From: Octopus bimaculoides
Taxonomy: Eukaryota
Direction: 5' to 3'
NCBI RefSeq assembly: GCF_001194135.2
Contig: NC_068984.1
Span: 33,059,244 to 33,095,680, forward strand
DNA length: 36,437 bases
A model generated the notes under the pieces. That model searched no databases and was not told the DNA's origin. It worked only from the letters and a program-made list of their open reading frames with translations. The position numbers were made by a program, and so were the translations under genes. Positions 21,801 to 33,752 of this stretch are shown piece after piece. The first letter of the stretch is position 1. Each line of letters starts with the position of its first letter.

Positions 21801-22170
21801 ACAGTATTCTGTTTCTTCCAAATTCGCCGTAAATATACAATAGTGATAACAAAATCATGTATTGACGATGTGATCGATATCTATTGTGTTAGACACCGTG
21901 GCGATGAAATCCCTATTCGTGTAGACATACTCATAGCCACATTTACGTTCCACAGGAATGGCTCAAAATACAAAGCCTATACAACCGATAGTAATCAAAG
22001 TCAGACTATACAACTAAACGGCTATGGCAGATGATCATATAATTGCCCACAAGCAACCGGTACTATAATTCACACTTTCACACTGATTTAGCACCTGAAC
22101 GAAACCGGGCGCATGGAACAGAACTGACTGATATTTCTGGTTCACGGTGTCGAACATCGTAGAGTTATTC
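21539..22170. repeat. Two identical 150-bp direct repeats (21539-21688 and 22021-22170) with a 332-bp spacer
   Basis: Base-by-base comparison of GCTATGGCAGATGATC...CGTAGAGTTATTC shows no mismatch. Confidence 0.97.
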
Positions 22171-23485
22171 TAATTTATTTTGATTATTTTATCTAGATCT
22201 CTAACTCAGTATGATGTATTGAATGAAGCGGAGGGTATCATGAAGAGGTCTATCTAGAATCGCACACTTTTTGATGGATTGGCAGAGGTTTTAATAAGAG
22301 CTAACTACCTGAAGACTATATGTACTCAAATTTTAATAGGCCTCAAGAACACTTGAATCTCTACTGAGTAGGAACTTTGAAACCTTTTATCTGAGATAGA
22401 CAGTTGTGGCATCATATACAAAGCATTACACTACGTTAATAGAGAAATACCTGGTCTACTGGCATTTGTAACAAACAGTGTTAACTGGGGATGGATAAGT
22501 CTACCATCTAACAACGTTCCTCTGTTTTCGACCTCTGTTATTATTTATCATTCTTTGCTTATTTGAAAAAGTATTGAGTGGTGTGAGTTTCGTTGTCAAA
22601 GTTTTCAAGTTTGGTTTTCTGCTCGGTACCCACAATCTGATGAATTTTAGGTTTCCCTATCAGGTCTTCTACTGGATAGCCATAATACTTTATCGTATTC
22701 AGAAATGTTTTGTACTTCCGGATCTCTATGCAATATCTTCACGTTTTCTCTTATTTCTCTGACTGACTATCACATCTCATTGCTTAGTATGCTGGAACAT
22801 GTTAGTATCTAAACAATGGATAGGGTACGACTGCTATTTATTTTCCCTCCGTACTTAGCATCGGTTTTATCTCCTTATAAAGCTGCCCCCGTCTAGTGGA
22901 GTGGACTACCATTCTTGTAAATTATTCGATGCACGTGAATACTTCCATATCCTTGGAGAAACAGAAATATACTACTGTTCTCTTTACTCGAGGAGAGGAT
23001 AAAGAAGCAGGACACCTTGTACTATGTGGCATCCATACTTTTTCTTGTTTCCAAACATTCTTCTATGTAGTTATTCCTAGTTGCTTTGCAGATCTGCAAT
23101 TCTGCTGTTGTTTAATTTTGTATTATTAAGAATATTGGAGCTGATGCATTCATTGTTGTTTGTCTTAATTCATTTCTGCTATTGTTAGTGATATTGTTGA
23201 GTATAGCTTTTCACTACATTATTTAAGGCGAAAGTAATTTTCCTCAAAAGTTTTTTAGTTTGAGTAGAAAAGACGGCATTTATTTCATACTTTTGAAATT
23301 ATTATATATTTTCGCTTAAAATGGATACTCGGAAACCAAGTGCAATGTTTCAATAAAAGGTTTTCCTTCTTCAAGCGACAGTGCAAAACATAGACTTATA
23401 ATTTTAGCTAAGTACAGGAATGAAGAAGGCTCTTCGAGTAGACCGATATTAATAACATCTGAACACCACGCCAAATAATAATGAC

Positions 23486-24345
23486 TAGGAGGTGCATTCA
23501 ACAGTTTTGAGACTTTTGTTTTGGGAGTGGCACTTATTACTGCCCTAGATAATTGCAATATTGGCATATAATTACTATGCATATATACTGACCTGCCAAC
23601 ATTTGTTATTCCAGATTCAAGGGGATGGCTTTACAGCACTTTGAAGACAATTTATTAAACACTGCTTGCCACATCTGATTAATATGCAGGACTTTTAATA
23701 TTTAGGACTTTTGGAAAGTCGCTATGCAAAACGTAATACTGAGTAAAACGCAAAAAACAGCTTGTAAGAGATTCAGGACTGCTTAAGGATTAACTTCGTC
23801 GCTGGCAAAGATGGTAGAAAGAAAATAAGAACCGACGAGATGTGTGGTAGAGAGAGACGTCAGAACATCAGAGATGGTTGAAATAGTTCGCAATTTTCTG
23901 GATGAAAGACGGTCGTGTGTCATAAAGATAATGACACAATTTGAAGTTACCGCGGCAACTGTCCACAGATATATTCATGAAGATATGAACTAGCGAAAAA
24001 TGTGTTCAAAGTTTCTTCCCAGAGTGCTTGATGCATCCTGCGAATCAACGACTTGAGAGAACTTGTTCTTTCTGATTTTTGGTTGTTCTCCATGCCTTTG
24101 GAAAGCCTCAGGGACATTTATTTTGAAAATAAAAGAGGCTGTCACAAGGGTCCTAGACACCTTCACTTATAGGACTGCTATGTAGCCTTCATGAATTGGT
24201 TGGAGAACTACAACACACGAATTGAAGTCAGAGACTCCTACTTTGAAGGAGAATAGAGTTTTTTTTTTTTTCATTTCTGTGAAATTAATAAATGTCTCTC
24301 TTCAGTAGCACTGTCGGACTAAGGAACCTTATTTGTTGTTCGCCC
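23486..24345 (+). mobile_element. Internally deleted Tc1/mariner (mariner-type) element
   Basis: Left TIR-like TAGGAGGTGCATTCAACAGTTTTGAGACTTTT. Transposase remnants LESRYA, RDVRTSEMVEIVRNFLDERR...TVHRYIHEDMN*RKMCSKFLPRVL (HTH/linker), then SDFWLF...IKEAVTRVLDT...NWLENYNTRIEV...YFEGE* (stop 24254-24256). The catalytic core is missing and the right TIR is poorly preserved. Confidence 0.85.
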
Positions 24346-24753
24346 GTTGCCTAAATGTTACAAATTAATTGATTATTTGCTCCATATAGAGATTCTGAAC
24401 ATATCTCGGAACATCGCTGATTTTTTCTACTAGTGAAACATTTATACAATGTCTTCCACTGGTCGCTATGGCAAACTAGCAAGAAGTATTCAGTCTATGA
24501 TAATATTTAGATGTCAGAAGTTCAATGTTCGCTTAGGCTTACTTCAGAGTAAATACATCATGACATTAAAAGTATAAAAAAAGAAAAGAAAAAGACACTG
24601 GAAAAGGAAGAATCTGCAGAAGTCGTAGCCAATCTCAAAAGAAGAAGAGCAGCCTGAATTAATGTTTGACGTTCTGGCAAATAACAACTCCGACTCATTC
24701 AGAAGAAGCACAAGTATTTACATGATGTAAATTTTTTTAGAGATGTCTATAAT

Positions 24754-24754
<1 letters not shown>

Positions 24755-24816
<62 letters not shown>

Positions 24817-24900
24817 CACACACGCGCGCGCACAAATAGATATAGATAGGTGTGCGCGTATGCGTGTATGTGTTTTTTGTTTTTCTCTCTCTCTCTCTGT
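24755..24900. repeat. (TATC)n followed by (CA)/(CG)/(CT) low-complexity tract
   Basis: Seen directly; perfect (TATC)n at 24755-24816. Confidence 0.95.
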
Positions 24901-25536
24901 TTCAGTGCGTGTCAGCATGTGTGTGGACAATGTTGTTTTTTCTATGAGACGCCTGAATGGATTTAGTACGATTCACTCATGGTAATATACCTTGTAAGGA
25001 TGGTTTACCTGTTGTCATACACGTAAATATATCCACGCTTTAATTTGTGGTGTTTGAAGCAACATCTTCCGTTGGGACAGATATGCAAAGCTTTTGAAGT
25101 CATTTCATTCAAATAAACACGTGCGATTGTCGCAGTAAATGTTACGTTTATTAATGTAGCACAATAATATACTCCAGAATCCCAGTGCGTTTTATGCCGA
25201 AATATGGCTCTAGATTTAGAACACTTGCTGTATGACCACCGAAAAAGAAATATAGGGAACAACATAATCTAAGATAGCATTTATTTCTTCTTTGGTATTT
25301 TTTTCTTTTTTTTTTTGCAAATTTTACGAAGAGCCTGTGCACTTTTAATAGGAAAGCTATTTGAGTTGCTCTTGGAAAGGCTGGGCGTCCACTTTCCTTT
25401 GTGAGACTTGTTCGATTATCATATAATATAGATATATACGTTAATATTGTTGGAATTCTTACACACAAAATTCGGCAACAGAAAAAAGAGAGTGTATTTA
25501 TTATATCCGTATTTTTGTTATATATTGATTCATTAA

Positions 25537-25793
25537 GGCGGCGAGCTGGCGTTAGAACACCGGGCGAAATACTTAACGGTATTTTGTCTCGTCTTTACTT
25601 TCTGAGTTCAAATTCCACCCAGGTTTACTTCACCTTTAATCCTTTTGGGGTCGATAAATTAAGTACCAGTTGTGTACTGGGGTCGATCTANNNNNNNNNN
25701 TAAATTAAGTACCAGTTGTGTACTGGGGTCGATCTAATCGACTGGCCCCTTCCCCCCAAATTTCGGACATTATGCTTAGAGTAGAAAAGAATA
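25537..25793 (+). mobile_element. tRNA-derived SINE, full length (same family as 17947), interrupted by a 10-N gap
   Basis: GGCGGCGAGCTGGCGTTAGAACACCGGGCGAAAT..., B-box GAGTTCAAATTCC, GGGGTCGATAAATTAAGTACCAGTTG...TGGGGTCGATCTAATCGACTGGCCCC, and 3' GTAGAAAAGAATA. Confidence 0.9.
25655..25736. other. 10-N gap flanked by an identical 36-bp overlap (probable scaffolding artefact)
   Basis: TAAATTAAGTACCAGTTGTGTACTGGGGTCGATCTA at 25655-25690 and 25701-25736, either side of N10. Confidence 0.9.
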
Positions 25794-26332
25794 TATTGCT
25801 TCATTACTATCTTACGTGCACTTAGGATGTAACTTGTGAGTCTCGTGCCTCTCTAGCTACAGCTCCTTTGCTATGTAAGAGCATACGTGAAGCATTTACA
25901 GGTGATATTGCATTTTCATATGAGCTTTCAACCATCTACAGATATGCTTTACAATTGAAATGGTATAGGTTAAAATATTCCGTTTATACTACTACTCTAC
26001 ATTAGGGTTAAAATATTGGAATAACTTAAGAATGCAAGCAATTGGCTGATGGCCACCATAAGTTATCTGAAAATAAAATAGCGTTGGAATAATGGAAAGT
26101 AAATTTTGTTGACTAAAGAAAATACTTTAATTTAATTATCTGTTTAGATGTCGGTAGGTCATCGCTAATTAATTAATCTGACAAGTGTAGCTACATATAC
26201 TTTAGGAAATATTTCAAGATGTATTAAATAATGCCTATAGTGAAAGATTACTGGAGATTCAATTAACTTACTTTTAGAAATCACCACTCCAATCACTTAT
26301 GTACGATGTATCCTTCGGCTAGAAATATATAT

Positions 26333-26508
26333 NNNNNNNNNNNNNNNNNNNNNNNNNNNNNNNNNNNNNNNNNNNNNNNNNNNNNNNNNNNNNNNNNNNN
26401 NNNNNNNNNNNNNNNNNNNNNNNNNNNNNNNNNNNNNNNNNNNNNNNNNNNNNNNNNNNNNNNNNNNNNNNNNNNNNNNNNNNNNNNNNNNNNNNNNNNN
26501 NNNNNNNN
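26333..26508. other. Assembly gap (176 N) within a (TA)n run
   Basis: N run flanked by AT repeats. Confidence 0.99.
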
Positions 26509-27040
26509 ATATATATATATATATATACACATATATATATATCAAATGATACTAAAATGAAAGTGAACAGGCTTGTACTGAATGAGGTGATAAAATGAAT
26601 CGGTTTAATATATTGAATTTTGTATTTTAGAATAAGATCAGGATTCTAATTGCTGATACAGTCGATGTCACTAATAAATTTGTAAATGAGTATTTGATGC
26701 AGCATAATGATCTAAAATTCTAAATATAGTTGTAATTTCTTAAAATGTTTTTTGAGTAAAATAAATGAATATGTATGTTATGAGCTCAACCTCTTCAAAA
26801 ATAGCTTTTGCAAAAGTTACATTTTTGTGATCCTCTTTGTATTTGTACTGGAACATAAGTTTCAATTCACATTTGATTTATTTTCAGTAATACAAAAATA
26901 AATAAATAAATAAAATAAATACATGCATAAATAAAAAGGAACTGTACCATAGTTTACAAATATTAATAACGGTGGTGAATATCTCGATTATGTTTCATTT
27001 TAAAAAGATAAATAAGTCGGAGAATTTATAAAAGATAAAT

Positions 27041-27230
27041 AAGGCAGAATCGTTAACAAGTCAGTTAAAACGCTTACCAGCATTTCCTTCTCAGTTCGCA
27101 TTTGCCGAGATTGACTTTGCCTTTCATCATTTCGAAATTCGATGAAACAAGTATAAGTTAAGCAGTGAGATTGATATAGAAATAAGGTTGATGTTATCGA
27201 TTGGACCACTCCCACTGATATTTCATGTTT
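27041..27230 (+). mobile_element. Diverged tRNA-derived SINE (same family as 17947/25537)
   Basis: GGCAGAATCGTTAA...TGCCGAGATTGACTTTGCCTTTCATC...GTTGATGTTATCGATTGGACC aligns by eye with the other copies; the B-box region is degraded. Confidence 0.65.
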
Positions 27231-28599
27231 TCTGACTTCATGGAATGGTTTGGAAGGGATAAAAACGTGGATAAGCTGTAAAACAATTCTTTTCTGTAAA
27301 ACGTACATATGAATCCTTACGTTGAATGCTACTGTAAGTGCTGAGTGATTTTATCTTAACATTTATTAACAGAAAAATTCTATTGTAACTTTACATATAA
27401 AATGTTAAAGAGACGTAGAAACAAGCCATAGTGTAGTGGTTATCTGCTTCTATTGTATTTAATTCTAACTTCAGAATTAACATGTCATGAAATATAATTA
27501 AATACAGCACTAGAAAAAAAGTAGAAACAATATCTAAATTACGATGACTAATTTGAGTGTTTTCACGTGTAAAAGCTATCTAATTTCCCCAAATCACCAT
27601 ATATTAATATTATAAATAAAGAATGATCTATCAGGAAATATAGTCTCAGATCTACAATAATATATCATGGCCACACCTGGAATAATTTTGTTAAAAATAT
27701 CACTTTCGGATCAAGTCTCGCTTCTGTCAAAACAGCAATTCAATAAGAAGAACCACAACTATAGCTGGTGAATCATGGGCCAATTAAGTGCTTAATCTGA
27801 GACAATACTGTACTTCGCCTTTACTTCACTTTATCTTACATTTCGTTCAGAAGATATGAATGTCACACAACCTTTTTTGAATGGCCCATTCTGAATCGAA
27901 ACCCTATCTCTATGTTAACAAGAAATAATTACATACATGAAGAAGTATGCACCACATCTTACATATATATCCTCCATTCACTACTACTATTAAAAGCTAA
28001 GAATTCTAATTTTCTATCGAACATACTCAAGTGTTGAGCTTAAAATAAGAAGCCGTTATTTAAAAAATAGTATTCTCTAAGAATTATTTACTATAGTTTA
28101 TCCCTACAAGTGATAATACGAAAACGAAGAAAAGACAAAAGATTATCTAAAAACAATGTTAACGGTTAGATTATCCTTCTTCAACGAAGTACAATGTAAA
28201 GCAGCGTCTTCGAAAAATACATAATTCTTATATTTATATATGCTTCATAAATATGTATATTGAATTATATAAAAATGTAATAAGTCTTTTCTACTCATAA
28301 CGCAGTCTAAAATCACCCAGTCGACAAGAGAAAAAGAATATAAATGGAAACGCTACACAAAATTGTAAAACTAGACAACAGACCAAACTTCGTCAATATT
28401 TCCAAGAATAACAACAGCAAAATTTCTATTATAGCTATTTATGCAACATATGGAAATGTTTCTTTCACAATATGAGCACTTCCTTTCCTCTGTCATCCCA
28501 TCATATATATAAAATACTTATCTGTTGAAAGATTTGGAATTAAGGGATGATAGAACGACCACAGAAATAATTTTGGGTAATTTAGATATCAGTTCCCCA

Positions 28600-28685
28600 C
28601 ACCATATACGTACACACACGCGCATGTACACACACGCATACACACACACATACTCACTCACACATATATCTCCATACACAAGAAC
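28600..28685. repeat. Imperfect (CA)n tract
   Basis: Seen directly. Confidence 0.85.
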
Positions 28686-29039
28686 AATAAATGTGTATTT
28701 GGCTTGCTTTTGACAAAATTTGTTGAGAGCAATAAAAAAATAAAATATTGTGACTTAAGTTTCTGTCGACGTTTTATCATGAAAGCAGTATTGCCTATTT
28801 TTAAATGACAAGTGTGCGTTTTTGTCTGTGCGCGTGCGGTTTCTGTGTATATGCGCGTATATCAATAGGTAGTATCTTTCTCAATTCGTGCTTACAAATG
28901 TAATTTATATCCTATTTGTGGATCATATTTCACCTGAAACAGAGTGATAAAATTATTTTCTTAATTTATTGCTTGCAATTATTGTCGGATTATGAACTAA
29001 TGTGTTGCGGCAGATATTTCCTTAATTTCCGAGCCCAAT

Positions 29040-29219
29040 TACATAGCTACATATACATATACACATGTATGTATATATGTATGTATGTAAGTATGTATGT
29101 ATGTATGTATGTATGTATGTATGTATGTATCTATGTATCTATGTATGTATGTGTATATATATGAACGCATGTATCTGTATATATATGCCTGTATGTATAT
29201 ATATATATATATACACACA

Positions 29220-29264
<45 letters not shown>

Positions 29265-29295
29265 GTATGTATGTAGGTATCTAAATGTGTGTATA
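29040..29295. repeat. Compound (TATG)n/(TA)n microsatellite
   Basis: Seen directly; source of four spurious track ORFs. Confidence 0.96.
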
Positions 29296-30480
29296 TAAAA
29301 TTTTGTCTGACAACAACTATAGATCATTGTGCAAATTTTGTTATTGGGATCTGGATCCGGTTGAAAGAGCGCTACTTACATAAATAAATATAGTTATATT
29401 AGGTTCGCATAGAGGCTTAGGATTTCTAAGTATTAACTTTGCAGCTGAAACTGTTTCTCAATACGGCTGCAATTATGTCAGCCTTATGATATATGGATTT
29501 TGTGTTAGCCAACATATTTGTTTTTAGCTTTCTTTAATCGAGTTCATGAGAGAAGAAAATATAAAAGAGTTAATAGTCAAAGATAAAACTTATCACAAAA
29601 TCTGTCACAGAATTAGGACGATCTGAAGTATATTAATGTTTGATATCTCTGTAATATATTTCTTTTATTTCCGAATTATCAGCAAACAGAATCTAAAATA
29701 CTGTGTGCAGATAAAGGTTATATTAACATTTTTTTTTTTATACTGAGTCAAAATATTTATAGGCTAGAACATAAAATACTTTCTGTGCATTAAATGCAGC
29801 AGCGATAAAAGGCAAGCACTTTTGTTAAAATATACGACTTGAAAGGATAAAATAATAAATCCTTTCAAAGAAAAGAATTTATCGTTTTCCCTAAAAGATT
29901 TGAGCTTAACGACATTTTGTGGATTAATAAATAAACCATACGCTACGAAATTTCACGATGAAATAATTACTGGGAACATGGTAAAAAGTAGTTGATGGTT
30001 GGATTTGATATACCGATGATGCCAATCATTGATATTTTCTCAACAAACAAGTAATTGATCCGATGTAACTAGAAATATAATGGAATATGTGTATACACTT
30101 CTAGAACAGCCGCGTAAAGATACAACAGCCATTCTATTTACGTCACGATTCTGACCACATAGATTTGAAGATTGTCCTCTAAAAGAAAGCAACGTATCAA
30201 AAGAAGGAACCAAAAGAATGATCTTCATTTTATTTGCTGAAGTGTGGAATAAAATATATGTTTAAACCACAATAGAGTTATCTCATTGATTCGTTTGGCT
30301 CAAAGATTAAACATCCGCATAATAGGGCAATATGTTAAATGCAGTATTCAGTTGTTGTTTGTATCAGAACCTTCGAATTATGTATTGATAAGCAAACCAA
30401 CATAGATGTTTTACATAGAAAATGGACAATTAATATAATAAGTGAAAAAAATGTTTATTTTCTGTTGTGAGTATAATCGT

Positions 30481-30483
<3 letters not shown>

Positions 30484-30539
<56 letters not shown>
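30484..30539. repeat. (AT)n microsatellite
   Basis: Seen directly. Confidence 0.98.
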
Positions 30540-30541
<2 letters not shown>

Positions 30542-31365
30542 CTTATAAAACATTATATGTGTGAATGAATTATATGAAAGTGGAATGAATTATATTGACG
30601 ACTTGTTAAGAGGCATTTAAGAAATCTTAGAAATATAAGGGACTAACGGTGTTTATTTAGTATCAGGTCTTTTGTGTGTTGCACAAAAATATTTTTAAAG
30701 GTAAAAACGCATTCAGAGAATAGACTTCTTTGTTTTGATGCACTTCAGAAATTGTGAGTCTAGTAACTGAAAAAATGTCTACGAAAGAAATTTTGATCAG
30801 TTATACAGTTACAGAAACTTTCTGAAGGTTATATTAATTTTTACGAACGTAACAACGCAATTAAATGCAATGTATTGTACAGTCATTGATATAGCCAACA
30901 AGCTAGGAAATGCATGCTACACATACAGGCTCACACACATATATACACACTGAGGCATTCATACTTAAGTGTGTTTTATTTTATTGAAATTGAGATTGAG
31001 AGTTTGTTTCACGTGAAGAGTTTCACGGCACACTGATCTTCAGGTGAGAATTGTTGTGTTTCGATATCTCTTGGTATATGTGAGTATATGGTTTAGCGCT
31101 CATTGGATAGATTACATTTTCAAATTATCTGTTCATAAAGAATCTTACACAAAGACAACTTTTATTTAAAACCTTTTAGTAACGAGCACGGAAATTATCA
31201 ACACTTATATAAATTAATAATACAGCCACCCACCTACAATTGCAAGGAAATATTAACACGACATTATGGAAAAACAAAAAACAACCAATGAAGAAGCCAG
31301 AATAAACCACCCATTTAAAACACACAGCAAGTTAACCGCTGAACAAACACAAGCACATTTAGACA

Positions 31366-31411
31366 ACACACACACACATATACATACATGCTTATACCTA
31401 TATATACATGA

Positions 31412-31445
<34 letters not shown>

Positions 31446-31490
31446 CATGTAAATGTGCGCGTGTGTGTGGGTGTGCGTGTCTATGTGGAA
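31366..31490. repeat. Compound (CA)/(ATAC)/(TG) microsatellite
   Basis: Seen directly. Confidence 0.9.
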
Positions 31491-32299
31491 TACTAAGATT
31501 TACACTATGTTAGTAAGGGGTTAGAATGTACGAACTACTTATGAAATCTTCGAATCATCTACTTCTGTGAAAATTACTAGAGATTCCAGACACATACACT
31601 AATATTAATATATATTATTAATTTTATAAGATATGGTTTAACTATTAGTGACTTACGCCCAAACGTATTTATAGAATTACAATGAGTGTTATGTAGTAGA
31701 CTGAAATACAGAGGTTATTCAAATAACGATTTATTGCGAATAATAAATATCCGGATGTATTCGGTCAGCCAGTAATTATCAAAGTATTAAATTATATTTA
31801 TTCTTTGACAGTTTTAAAGAGTATCATAAAATATTTTAAACATTTTTCAGGTTAAATACAGACTTCAAGTGAGTGAGGGATTGTAAATGAGGAATGAGAA
31901 AGCAAGTGTCACTCAAGCGTAATTTGAAGATATAATGTTGTATGATGCCTAATTAGAATTACCAGGTGTATTTTACAATATGCTGGTTTGGTCTGAATAG
32001 GCATAAGTTGCATGATCCGATAGGGGCAACGAAGAGAAATAGGGAGAGAGAGAGAGGTGGGTAGACTGGTTTGGGAGATATGCGAAAAGCAAAAGAGATC
32101 CGACTGATTATAAGTCACGTTACACTATTTACTTACCGCCTTTAAGTTAGAATATGAAATCTCGTTGAGATCAAATTTGACTCTCCTCTCGCCTGAGTCG
32201 ATGATGAATATATAAGAGAGGTAGTACAGACTATTTAATCGATTTACACCTCACCCAAAAATATAACAATTATCTAAATACGCTGGATTAACAGACGTG

Positions 32300-32500
32300 A
32301 TAGAGGTTTAGGGAAAATGTCTTGCACTATTTACTCCTTCTCTTCGTGTTCTGAGTTCAAATAACAATAACACTGTGGTCAACCGTCTTTCTATCCTTCC
32401 GAGTTAGATAAAGCAAATTACGGTTCAGCATTAGGAGTGTTTTAGTTGGCTATCACCCTCAACTTGAAATTGCTAGCCTTTTGCCTAAACTAAAAACATC
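32300..32500 (+). mobile_element. Old, highly diverged tRNA-derived SINE (17947-type)
   Basis: GAAAATGTCTTGCACTATTT...GTTCTGAGTTCAAAT (B-box)...GGTCAAC...TATCCTTCCGAGTTAGATAAA...TTGAAATTGCTAGCCTTTTGCCTAAA parallels the 17947 copy. Confidence 0.5.
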
Positions 32501-33143
32501 AAAAGGTATTGCTATTGTTACGGTCCTCATTTCATAAAATATGCGAAGTTTGAAAACCTGAGAAATTATTATTTTAATAAGTACCTACCAGTCAGTTCCA
32601 GAAAAATTTGAGAGTAAAAAGAATACATTTTTGTGTGTATGGTGACGCCTGTTTGCCATTGAGTGCTACTGCCATTCAGTGCTACTGGCAACTTGTTATA
32701 TTTTCAAGTCTTCACAGCAACAATAAACTCAGAAAAACACAGAACCAGTGATTACCTAGAGACGGCTGTTTTCTTTGTCTCATATACAGAAAAACGACTA
32801 AGAATGGCCCATTAAAGCCTGTTCTGAAATAAAATCCGTTGAGCAGGAATTGGGTTGACCAATTTGAAGATTGTCTTTTTGTACAGGAAATTGTAACTTT
32901 TCTACACTTCTGAGCCGGAAAGTGATACTGAAACCAGACATGCACCTGACTTGTTTCTGTATCATTGCAGTACAGCAAAATCGGTCTATGCAGTGAAATA
33001 CAAGCCTTACTGAACCTCAACCTCGGGCGTCCACAGACACTAATGGACAACCAATATCCGATATGTCGTTTTGTTAGGTAAAGTATGCATCATGATGGTG
33101 TCCAGTGTTCAGGTTAGTTTTTCTTCTTTTATTAGAGAAGACA

Positions 33144-33277
33144 CGTGGCTTCTTCATTAGGGTGTTGGATTCACGGTAAGCCTTTTGGGTTCCATGTCTG
33201 AACTCAGCACTATATTTGTATTTGAGGAAAGTATTTCATTTCACGTTGTTTCAATGTAGTTCCCAGAAAATGAGTAG
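33144..33277 (+). mobile_element. Diverged tRNA-derived SINE of a different (CORE/Meta-like) family, 5' part
   Basis: CGTGGCT...TTAGGGTGTTGGATTCACG (tRNA-like head)...TGAGGAAAGTATTTCATTTCACGTTG...AAAATGAGTAG resembles CORE-type central domains. Confidence 0.45.
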
Positions 33278-33639
33278 AGCAAGCAAGTTCTGAGGCCGCC
33301 TTCTCTCCTATCAAAATGTTACATCTTCAGCGTCTCTCTTTGTCAAGAGTGGGATTGCCTAGATAGTGTCTACATGTGATTGCAAATATATAAGCACTCA
33401 AAAAAATGAGCGAAAACACGATAAATGTTGTTAGGTTATAGTCGGTTACGTATTGTAGGTACGGCACTTAATTTTTTATTACTGCTTCTTTCCTTTTGCA
33501 TGTGGAGTATTGACTTTCAAAAATGTCAGTTTATGGAAGTGGTTTGGCACTTCATTCTGCTACTTGTTATTATTATGATGCAGTGAAGCGAAATAAAAGT
33601 CCCGACCCTCTTCACAGCATTCAAACTTTCTCTATTTCT

Positions 33640-33752
33640 ATTTATATCTCTCGCTTTCTCTTTCTCTTTCTCATTCTCTTTCTTTTTTTCTTTTTTCTTT
33701 CTTTCTTTATTTCTCTCTCTCTCTTTCCCTCTCTCTCTCTCTTCCTTTCTCA
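33640..33752. repeat. Polypyrimidine (CT)/(CTTT) tract
   Basis: Seen directly. Confidence 0.92.

Noticed and set aside
21539-22170. TRIM/mini-LTR element or CRISPR-like array
   Set aside because: No TG...CA termini, PBS, PPT or TSD; only two long repeats, and the repeat is CR1-derived sequence.
24595-24657. KKTLEKEESAEVVANLKRRR, like an RTE endonuclease N-terminus
   Set aside because: Too short and followed by stops, with no further APE motifs.
25005-25468. Overlapping 86- and 105-aa minus-strand ORFs
   Set aside because: No recognisable domain, partly poly-A-derived; lengths are compatible with chance ORFs using alternative starts.
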